Of a stretch of 17,450 nt of DNA, positions 8,950-17,450 are shown piece after piece. How positions within the stretch are numbered: position 1 is the stretch's first letter; the number at the start of each line of letters is the position of its first letter. Made by a program: the position numbers and the translations under genes. Source of the DNA: Octopus sinensis (Eukaryota); assembly GCF_006345805.1 (NCBI RefSeq), contig NW_021824777.1, positions 1 through 17,450 of the forward strand, written 5' to 3'. The notes below the pieces were generated by a model. That model saw only the letters and a list, made by a program, of their open reading frames with translations. It was not told where the DNA came from and made no database searches.

Positions 8950-9537
8950 AATAATAATAATAATCCTTTCTACTATAGGCTCAAAGCCTGAATGTTTGGG
9001 TGAGGGGGATAATCGATTACAATGACCCCAGTGTTTCACTGGTACTTAATTTATCGACCAAGGCAAAGTCGACCTCGTCGGAATTTGAACTCAGAACTTG
9101 AAGACGGACGAAATACCTATTTCTTTACTACCCCCACAAGGGGCTAAACACAGAGAGGACAAACAAGGACAGGCAAATGGATTAAGTCGATTATATCGAC
9201 CCCAGTGTGTAACTGGTACTTATTTAATCTACCCCGAAAGGATGAAAGGCAAAGTCGACCTCGGCGGAATTTGAACTCGGAACGTAGCGGCAGACGAAAT
9301 ACCTATTTCTTTACTACCCACAAGGGGCTAAACGCATAGAGGACAAACAAGGACAGACAAACGGATTAAGTCGATTATATCGACCCCAGTGCGTAACTGG
9401 TACTTAATTTATCGTCCCCGAAAGGATGAAAGACAAAGTAGACCTCAGCGAAATTTGAACTCAGAACGTAGCGGCAGATGAAATACCGCTAAGCATTTCG
9501 CCCGGGGTGCTAACGATTCTGCCAGCTCGCTGCCTTA
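8950..9537 (-). mobile_element. Head-to-tail trimer of tRNA-derived SINE family B
   Basis: Units are about 8950-9116, 9117-9302 and 9303-9486, plus a single head at 9487-9537. On the minus strand, A box TGGCAGAATCG (9524-9514) and B box GAGTTCAAATT (9462-9452). Both junctions read GACGAAATAC|CTATTTCTTTACTACC. Confidence 0.88.
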
Positions 9538-9690
9538 TTTCATCGACCGCGAAGCGATGAAGGGCAAATTCTTACCTCGGTGGAATTTGAAGCCACCGGC
9601 AGAATAATAAAGACAATTCTTTCTAATGTAGGCACAAGCCTGACAAATTGGGGTCGGAGGTTAGTCATTGCCATGGACAATCAACTCTAG
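9538..9690 (-). mobile_element. Two short degenerate SINE family B fragments
   Basis: ATCGACCGCGAAGCGATGAAGGGCAAA..GGAATTTGAA resembles 9225-9275. TTCTTTCTAATGTAGGCACAAGCCTGA resembles 8964-8991. Confidence 0.55.
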
Positions 9691-9692
9691 TA

Positions 9693-9805
9693 CAGTAGAA
9701 CCTCGCAATGCGAGTGCCCCATGGTGCGAATAATTTACTGTACGAGCTGAGACCCGTGCGAATTTTTATCTTGAAGTACGAGCAGAAATCTGCAGTACGA
9801 GCACA
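9693..9805 (+). mobile_element. Left end of a pogo/Tigger-like DNA transposon
   Basis: TA (9691-9692) followed by CAGTAGAACCTCG, a Tigger-type TIR start, then six TRCGAR subterminal repeats. No right TIR found. Confidence 0.55.
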
Positions 9806-9999
9806 CAAATCGTCCCATCTTTAAGGTAATTCAGGTAAGAAAACCTGTTTACATATTTCTTTTGCATTCTCTTTTTCTATAATTGCCATTTTACTTGTAA
9901 CTACATCTTTTCTGTTCTATATTTAAGAGGTGAGCAATTCGGTACATTAATTACATTATTTACAATTGACGGATATGTGTCCTCATCTTGTTTGTTGTT

Positions 10000-10045
10000 A
10001 ACACAATGTTTCGGCTGATATACCCTCCAGCCTTCATCAGGTGTC
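10000..10045 (-). ncRNA. Minimal type I hammerhead ribozyme motif (PLE-associated type)
   Basis: GACAC-CUGAUGA-A-GGCUG(GAGGGUAUAU)CAGCC-GAAAC-AUU-GUGUU. Intact core, 5-bp stem II, stem I GACAC/GUGUU. Stem III reads ACAU instead of the palindromic ACGU. Confidence 0.75.
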
Positions 10046-10137
10046 TTGGGAAAATTTCGTACATGTGTTCTCATTCCTAAGGAGGTCGACTTAATCCATA
10101 CCTTAGGAATGAGAACACAGGTTCGAAATTTCCTCAG

Positions 10138-10183
10138 GTCTCCTGATGAAGGCTGGAGGGTATATCAGCCGAAACATTGTGTT
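10138..10183 (+). ncRNA. Minimal type I hammerhead motif with stem I disrupted
   Basis: GUCUC-CUGAUGA-A-GGCUG(GAGGGUAUAU)CAGCC-GAAAC-AUU-GUGUU. Core at 10143-10149, GAAAC at 10171-10175. Stem I has two U-U mismatches. Confidence 0.65.
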
Positions 10184-10235
10184 AACAGCAAACAAGATGA
10201 GGACAAATATCTGTCATGAATTATATTTTATCGTC

Positions 10236-11053
10236 ATTTTTACTTGTTTCAGTCATTAGACTGCAGCCATGCTGGAGCACCGCCTTTAAACCTTTTTAAT
10301 CGAATGTATAGACTCCAGTACCTGTCTGTCTTTTAAAGCCTGGTACTCACTTTACCGATCTCTTTTGCCGAAATGCTAAGTTTTAAGGACGTAAAATACA
10401 CCAACACCGGTTGTCAAGCGATGGCGGGCGATAAACACTGACATAATCACACACACACATACACACTTACACATAATCGCCTGCGTACATAATATATATA
10501 TGTGTGGTAAGTAGCTTACTTACCAACCACATGGTTCCGGGTTCAGTCCCACCGCGTGCCACCTTGGACAACTGTCTTCTACTATAGCCTCGAGCCGACC
10601 AAAACATTGTGAGAGGATTTGGTAGATGGAAACTGAAAGAAGCCCGTCGTATATGTATGTATGTGTGTGTATATGTTTGTGTGTCTGTGTTTGTCCCCCC
10701 ACCAACATCGCTTGACGACTGATACTGGTGTGTTTATTTAGCGGTTCGGTAAAAGAGGCCGATAGAATAAGTACTAGGCTTACAAAAAATAAGTCCTGGG
10801 GTCGATTTGCTCGACTAAAGGCGGTGCTCCAGCATGACCGCAGTCAAATTACTGAAAAATTAAAAGAATGAAAGAATACATACACATATATATATGATGG
10901 GTTTCTTTCAGTTTCTGTCTACCAAATCCACTCACAAGGTTTTGGTCGGCCCGAGCTTATAGTAGAAAATACTTGGCCAAGGTGCCACACATTGGGGCTG
11001 AACCCAGAACCATCTGGTTAGGAAGCAATATTCTTACCACAATGCCACGCCTG
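10236..11053 (-). mobile_element. SINE family A (tRNA head, CORE-like domain, LINE-derived tail), split by a nested copy
   Basis: 3' half at 10236-10460 (tail ..CAGCCATGCTGGAGCACCGCC). 5' half at 10890-11053 with tRNA-like head (minus-strand GGTTCAGCCCC B box). The halves join at the internal microsatellite. Confidence 0.85.
10501..10876 (+). mobile_element. SINE family A, near full length, nested in opposite orientation
   Basis: TGTGTGGTAAG..GGGTTCAGTCCC head, CACCTTGGACAACTGTCTTCTACTATAGCCTCG CORE-like segment, internal (TG)n, tail AAGGCGGTGCTCCAGCATGACCGCAGTC and (AAAGA)-type end. Confidence 0.9.
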
Positions 11054-11312
11054 TATTCATCAGAAAAACAGCCGTAGAAGTTTTTAACTTTTTTCCATTT
11101 GTTAAGAAGACGCCATAAACACTAGGTAGGTATATTCAGCCAGACAAGTGTTGGAAAACAAAGTCATCAATTGGTATTATGGAGACATCTTAAGTAACGA
11201 ACGAAAATCTGTGCCAAAACATTGCAAAAATTGTAACAAAGATTTAACTGTGGTTGTATGATAAGAAATATTTATGGTGAAAGTGAAACTGAAGAGGTGA
11301 CAATTAATTGGG

Positions 11313-11817
11313 GAGAGAGAGAGAGAGATAAAGAGGGAGAGAGAGAGAGAGTGAGAGAGTGAGAAAGAGAGAGAGAAAGAGGGAGAGAAAGAAAGAGAGA
11401 GAGAGAAAGAAAATAAACATTTCAGTCTGATTTATAAAGATTTTGAATACAATATGCATGTATATATGTATGTGTGTGTGTATGTGTGCGTGTGTGTGTA
11501 TGTGTGCGTGTGTGTTGGTGTGTGTGTATGTGTGTGCGCGTGTGTATGTATCTATATATATATACACACACACACATATATATATATATATGTATATATG
11601 TATATATATAAATTTGCATACATACTGGCATTATACATACACACATATAAGCATGGGTATGTATTATATATTTATGTACGCATTTATGTATGTATGAATG
11701 TATGTATGTATGTATGTATGCATGTATGTATGTATGTACGTATGAATGTATGCATGAATGTAAGTAGTATGTATGTGTGTACGTTCATGTATGTATGTAT
11801 GTATGTATGTATGTATG

Positions 11818-11848
<31 letters not shown>

Positions 11849-11960
11849 GTAATATGTATGTATGTATGTATGTATGTATGTGTGTGTGTGTATTTATGTA
11901 TGTATGTACGTATATGTATAAGAATACATCTATATCTATGTATGAATCTGTATATGTATA
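11313..11960. repeat. Compound (GA)n, (GT)n, (TA)n, (TATG)n microsatellites
   Basis: Direct reading. Confidence 0.95.
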
Positions 11961-12454
11961 TATATGTATCCATCTATGTGTATGCGAAGAGTTCTCACAG
12001 CAAAGCGATAAAGTTGGAAAATAAAGTTTATATTAATAGCGGTAAAACCTTGAGTAATCTCTGCGATCAACGGCAGCCATGCTGATATTTTTATTGACTT
12101 TAGTTCTTAGAATTTATAGAAACACTCTTGAGAATGTATTCAATACCTCATTGTTTCTATCGTCGTCGTTGTCTTACTATTGTTGTTGTTAAACCACTGG
12201 TCAGTTGTGATTGAAGCAGATCCTAGATCAGTGGTTTTGAACAGGGGTCCATACAAGATTTTTGGGGTCCTAAACATGCAAAATAGTAAATCAGGGCCAC
12301 AATAGTATTTCAGGGGGTCCATGAAAAATTTTCCTTTTTGATGTATTTATTTCATGGAACAGGCTTTTTTCTCAGTTGTTTTACATAGTTCAACCTATAC
12401 GAGTGAATGTGTGATAAACAAAATAAGAATTTTGAAAGAAGTGTCTATGAAATT

Positions 12455-12761
12455 GTGGTGGCACATGGCCTAGTGGTTAGAGTAGCGGACTCGCGGTCGA
12501 GGGATCGCGGGTTCGAGTCTCAGACCGGACGATGTGTGTGTTTATGAGCGAAACACCTAAGCTCCACGCGACACCGGCAGAACATAAATGCGAACTTCTG
12601 CTGACTCTTTCGCCACAACTTTCTCTCACTCTTTCCTCCTGCATCTTGCAGCTCACCTGCGACGGATCGGCTTCCCGTCCAGGTGGGGAACCTATACGTC
12701 AAGGAAATCTGGATACCGGTCCTTATGAACCAGGCGTGGCTCGAGAATGAACAAAGAACAA
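12455..12761 (+). mobile_element. Full-length tRNA-derived SINE, family C, with 11-bp TSD
   Basis: A box TGGCCTAGTGG (12466-12476), B box GGTTCGAGTCT (12510-12520), AACA-type tail, and a perfect TSD TCTATGAAATT at 12444-12454 and 12762-12772. Confidence 0.92.
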
Positions 12762-12818
12762 TCTATGAAATTAGTTTTAAAACAGAGAATGGCGATGGGG
12801 GTCAACCAGAATAAAATA

Positions 12819-13035
12819 TTGGATTGGTGCATAATTATTGCGGCTTTTTTTCAACAAATTTTATTCAACAAAAACAATAACAACATGTAAAAAAGACATC
12901 TTTAAATGATTATTCCGGAGCATATTCACCATCTACTTAATTATTGCTTCCCATTTGCTTGGCAGACGGTCAGACCGTCATTTAAAGATGTTTTTGTTAA
13001 ATATTTTTATTGTTTATAATTATGCACCAATCCAA
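12819..13035. mobile_element. Mariner-type MITE (217 bp)
   Basis: Perfect 20-bp TIRs TTGGATTGGTGCATAATTAT with TA on both sides (12817-12818, 13036-13037). The left end continues TGCGG, like Hsmar1/MADE1-type TIRs. Confidence 0.9.
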
Positions 13036-13219
13036 TAATTCACAAAGAAGTCCATAGATAAAAAAATTGTTGAGAACAACTGCCCGAGATAGAGACATTC
13101 CAACCATGATTTCTCCGACCTTCTCCTGAGAGTACGCACGAGGAGAAACTGGAAAGCTCCTGACTAATTGCTTTATAGTATCTACACGCCTCCTTTTTGT
13201 TTTCGGTTCACGTAGATTT

Positions 13220-13370
13220 TACAGAATCGGAAGAGCATCGGTCGAAATTCCAATAGCGTAGTTATGGCCTTTACGTTCTGAGTTCAAATCTCGTCGACAT
13301 TAAATGGCATCCTTTCGGAAGCAATGAAATGAAACTCCAATCAGCTATTGAGATCGATTTAATAGCCCTG
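13220..13370 (+). mobile_element. Old SINE family B copy
   Basis: TACGTTCTGAGTTCAAAT (13272-13289) is the exact reverse complement of 9453-9470. CAGAATCG and CATCCTTTCGG lie at the expected offsets. Confidence 0.65.
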
Positions 13371-13935
13371 TAAAACAGAGAAATTCAAATCCTCTTTGAA
13401 TCGATTTTGTTTGTAACTTTCCGAAATCGAGCAAAAACCGCACAAGCAATATAATGAAGACCACTAAATCATCAATATATATCTTTAACAAATTTGTGGC
13501 TTTCTGTGTATTAGTGTGTGTTGTTGTCTATGTATTTGTGTGTTTGTACGTGCACGTGTTCACTTGCCATTATGTGTCTACGTAAGATTCTCTCTCTGTC
13601 TGTCTGTCTCTCTCTGAGTCCATGCGTGTGTATCGGATCGATAATTTCCTAGAATTCAGCCACTCTTTACAGTGGAAGGTCCTTGAAAATTTCCATATTT
13701 TATTCATATCTGCCAACTCGATTATATTAGCAGCATTACATGAAAGACAAAGAAAAAAGAAACAAGAAACCCCACGCCCCAGAAAACAGCAATTAAAATA
13801 AAAGGAAAGACAACAAAAATATCGTGAAATAGAAAAAAAAAGTTAAATCTTTTTTATAAGATCTGGTAAAAAAATTGAACAGATGAACAACATAGAGAAT
13901 GCGTTACGCGACGCCCTATAATGAATATATGTATG

Positions 13936-14015
<80 letters not shown>

Positions 14016-14126
14016 AAGCAATAAAGATTCAAGTTAATTTAAATGAATTTACTTGAATATGGTACCTAACTTAGATGCACCAAAAAAAAAACTATACTGT
14101 TTTAACAATACAGTAATGTGGGTGAT

Positions 14127-14217
14127 TATAAGCGAGAAAGAAGCAACAAGAATGGATAGTTTTTTAGTACAATTGTACTAAAAACTATCCATTCTTGTTG
14201 CTTCTTTCTCGCTTATA
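14127..14217. repeat. 91-bp spacerless palindrome of non-microsatellite sequence
   Basis: TATAAGCGAGAAAGAAGCAACAAGAATGGATAG-T6-AGTACAA|TTGTACT-A5-CTATCC..CGCTTATA. The only difference between arms is T6 vs A5. Confidence 0.97.
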
Positions 14218-14240
14218 TAATATATATATATATAATATAT

Positions 14241-14461
14241 ACTCTTTCTCTTTTACTCTTTACTAGTTCAGTCATTTGACTGCGGCCATGCTGGAGCACC
14301 GCCTTTAATCGACAACTCGACCGCGGGACTTTTTTTTTGTAAGCCCAGTACTTATATTAACGGTCTATTTTGCCGAACCGCTAGGTAACGGAGACATAAA
14401 CACACCAGCATCGTTGTCAAGCAATGCTAGGGGGACAAACACAGACACACAAACACAGACA

Positions 14462-14511
<50 letters not shown>

Positions 14512-14627
14512 TATACATATATACGACGCGCTTCTTTTCAGTTTCCGTCTACTAAATCCACTCACAAGGGTTTGGTCGGCCCGAGGCTATAGTAAAAGAC
14601 ACTTGCCCAAGGTGCCACTCCTGCTCC

Positions 14628-14628
<1 letters not shown>
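14241..14628 (-). mobile_element. SINE family A with about 60 bp deleted from the tRNA head
   Basis: Tail CAGTCATTTGACTGCGGCCATGCTGGAGCACCGCC, body and CORE-like segment are present. AAGGTGCCAC joins directly to TCCTGCTCCT. Confidence 0.88.
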
Positions 14629-14666
<38 letters not shown>

Positions 14667-14815
14667 ATGTATATATATATACATACATACATACATACAT
14701 ACATACATACATACATACATACATACATACACATACATATGTATGTATGCATTTGTATATGTGTGTATGTAAACTAACACACTCATTGACAGGCATATAT
14801 AAAATGGCGTAACCG

Positions 14816-14858
14816 GTCACTGATGAAACTTCGAAGTCACTGTAGAAATATATTTGAT
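14816..14858 (+). ncRNA. Weak hammerhead-like motif
   Basis: GUCA-CUGAUGA-AACUUCGAAGUCACUGUA-GAAA-UAUA-UU-UGAU. Stem I GUCA/UGAU and palindromic AUAUAU are present, but stem II is non-canonical. Confidence 0.3.
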
Positions 14859-14861
14859 AAT

Positions 14862-15230
14862 TTACTTAAATGCTTTGAATGGGGCCATGCTGGAGCACCG
14901 CCTTTAACCGAGCAATTCGACCCCAGAACTTATTCTTTGTAAGGCTAGTACGTATTCTATCGGTCTCTTAAGCGGAACTGCTAAGTTACAGGGACGAAAA
15001 CACACCAACATCGGTTGTGAAGCGATGGTGGGGAGATAACACAGACACATAGACACACACACACACACATACGATGGGCGCCTTACAGTTTCCGTCTACC
15101 AAATCCACACACAAAACTTTGGTCGGCCCGAGGCAATAATAAAACACTAGCCCAAGGTACCACGCGGTGGGACAGAACCCAGAACCATGTGGTTGGGAAG
15201 CAAGCTTCTTACCACACAGACACACCTGCG

Positions 15231-15232
<2 letters not shown>
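14862..15232 (-). mobile_element. SINE family A, near full length
   Basis: GGCCATGCTGGAGCACCGCC tail at 14883-14902, body, (CA)n, and head ending CCACACAGACACACCTGCGCC. Confidence 0.88.
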
Positions 15233-15269
<37 letters not shown>

Positions 15270-15284
<15 letters not shown>

Positions 15285-15508
15285 CATCTTTGTGCCTGCG
15301 TTTGTTCCTCACCATCGCTTGACAACCGGTGTGGGTGTGTTTACGTCCGCATAACTTGGTGGTTCGGCAAAACGAATCCGATAGATTAAGCACTAGGCTT
15401 TAAAAATGTCCTGGAGTCGATTTATTCGACTAAAACCTTTCAAGGCGGTGCCCCAGCATGACCGCAATCAAATGACCGAAACAAGTAAGAGATAGAAAAA
15501 ATAAAAGA
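15270..15508 (+). mobile_element. SINE family A 3' half
   Basis: CCATCGCTTGACAACCGG..GGTTCGGCAAAA..AAGGCGGTGCCCCAGCATGACCGCAATCAAATGACCGAAACAAG. Confidence 0.85.
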
Positions 15509-15642
15509 TATATATATATATGCATATATATACATATATATACATAGACACAGACATACGTATGTATACTTTTATACTTTGATAGGTTTCGGCCATTATT
15601 GGCCCAGGCCATGTCTAACTTAATAGCACCACCTGTATATAT

Positions 15643-15681
<39 letters not shown>

Positions 15682-15761
15682 CATACCCGTGTATGTATGT
15701 ATATATGCCTATGCACACACATATACATATATAGGCATACACTCACACACAGAAGCATGTA

Positions 15762-15824
<63 letters not shown>

Positions 15825-15984
15825 GGGGTGTTACAGTTCGTGTGCGCTTGTCTCGATTCACATCTTCTAAATAAAAGCATTGACTTCTGCATTATCGATC
15901 GACCGACAACGAGGTTTTATCTGCAATTAGACGATTCCTCCACAATTTCCGTTCATCTTTCATAGAGATTGTTGTTGTTTTCAC

Positions 15985-16430
<446 letters not shown>

Positions 16431-16577
16431 TACATACAGTCTTCCAGTTTGTTTATTTCCATAGATATAAAGATATGAGTCATGGCCCGACTGTCTTGGT
16501 TAGTCCTTCTGCACCGCCATCGATTGGATATCTCGCTTAAATGAACTAAAATTATACTGCCGATTTAATGTGCGCCT

Positions 16578-16585
16578 GAATAATA

Positions 16586-16630
<45 letters not shown>

Positions 16631-16810
16631 TATATATATATAATATATAATATATATATATTATATATATATATATTATAAATAAAACTACACACATCCA
16701 CACACACACACACAACAACATATATAATAGATTATATATTTACATATACTTATATATATATACAATATTTATGTAATATAGATACTTATATAAATATATA
16801 TATATATATC

Positions 16811-16844
<34 letters not shown>

Positions 16845-16883
16845 CATATATACATATATATTAAAAAAAACGAATAGAAATGA

Positions 16884-16922
<39 letters not shown>

Positions 16923-17230
16923 TATATTAGATATATAATGCACACACACATACACACACATATATACATACATACATATATGTGTGTGTGTTTATTGTCT
17001 GTCTAGAAATGAAATTGGATCAACTAATTCTATACCTGATTGGTTTCCAAACTTATTTAAATGCAACCAGACAGTTGGTGTCTGTGAGTGTGTGTGTGCG
17101 TGTGTGTGTATGTGTATGTGTGTGTGTGCGTGTGTGTGTGTGAGAGTATGTGTATGTATGTATGTATGTTTGCGTACATGCAAGTCTGTATATGTGCATT
17201 GTTGTGTGTGTGTATGCGCATGTTTTTCTT
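16578..17230. repeat. (TA)n, (CA)n and (GT)n low-complexity tract
   Basis: Direct reading. Confidence 0.9.
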
Positions 17231-17346
17231 CGAGCTTATTCGTTTGTTTATGTAGAGATCACGAGGTTTGGTGATCCAAAGAACTTTTTTGGCGACATCG
17301 ACTGTCTGTACACGTATGATTCTCTTATTGTCTCTGTGTGAGTTCA

Positions 17347-17450
17347 CGAGGGTGCGCTGAAAAGTTCCTGGCTTTAAGGGTATCGCGAAAGGCTCGGTTG
17401 GAGGCCCAACCTTCCGAGGTCTTTTAGAGGGCTTAGAAAAACTGAAGGAC
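17347..17450 (+). mobile_element. Internally deleted mariner-like element running off the window end
   Basis: CGAGGGTGCGCTGAAAAGTTCC resembles mariner TIRs, with CA in place of the TA target. It is followed almost at once by LEAQPSEVF / EGLEKLKD, which resembles the mariner transposase C-terminus. Confidence 0.6.

Larger units (their letters stand above)
9967..10216. repeat. Inverted repeat with 116-bp arms (9967-10082, 10101-10216) and an 18-bp spacer
   Basis: Ungapped alignment with 10 mismatches in 116 (91%). Confidence 0.97.
12229..13082. mobile_element. hAT (Charlie-like) MITE hosting two nested insertions
   Basis: TIRs CAGTGGTTTTGAAC / CAGTTGTTCTCAAC match 11/14. The 8-bp flanks TCCTAGAT / CCCGAGAT match 6/8. 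About 317 bp remain after removing the inserts. Confidence 0.75.

Noticed and set aside
9117-9486. CRISPR-like or retrozyme array
   Set aside because: The units are whole SINE bodies with no repeat-spacer pattern, and there is no CUGANGA/GAAA core on either strand.
12455-12530. tRNA gene
   Set aside because: A and B boxes are present, but the anticodon, T and acceptor stems do not pair, and it continues into a SINE body with tail and TSD.
15586-15607. Minus-strand CUG-GGCC(AAUAAU)GGCC-GAAAC
   Set aside because: The core lacks ANGA and there is no NUH or stem I. At most a relic.

Overview
This is eukaryotic, repeat-saturated, apparently non-genic DNA (intronic or intergenic). I find no intact protein-coding gene, and nearly all ORFs in the supplied track are microsatellite artefacts. 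The SINE families and very high microsatellite density suggest a cephalopod, probably Octopus (inferred from recognising the repeats, not verified). Retroelement content: a decayed Penelope-like element (GIY-YIG remnant, 4162-4710, minus strand), a Dong/R4-type RT remnant (5013-5543), two 3' ends of CR1/L2-group LINEs (1461-1860, 7437-7665) and about 12 tRNA-derived SINE pieces from three families. DNA elements: small piggyBac-, pogo-, hAT- and mariner-like copies, several nested. Four signals stand out. (1) A 250-bp inverted repeat (9967-10216) carries a minimal hammerhead ribozyme motif in each 116-bp arm, pointing away from each other, and more degenerate hammerhead-like motifs occur elsewhere. 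(2) There are at least five local fold-back or inverted duplications, two of them hidden inside microsatellites. (3) The main SINE family shares its 3' stem-loop tail with the LINE remnants, with compensatory changes. (4) A SINE trimer has two identical junctions.
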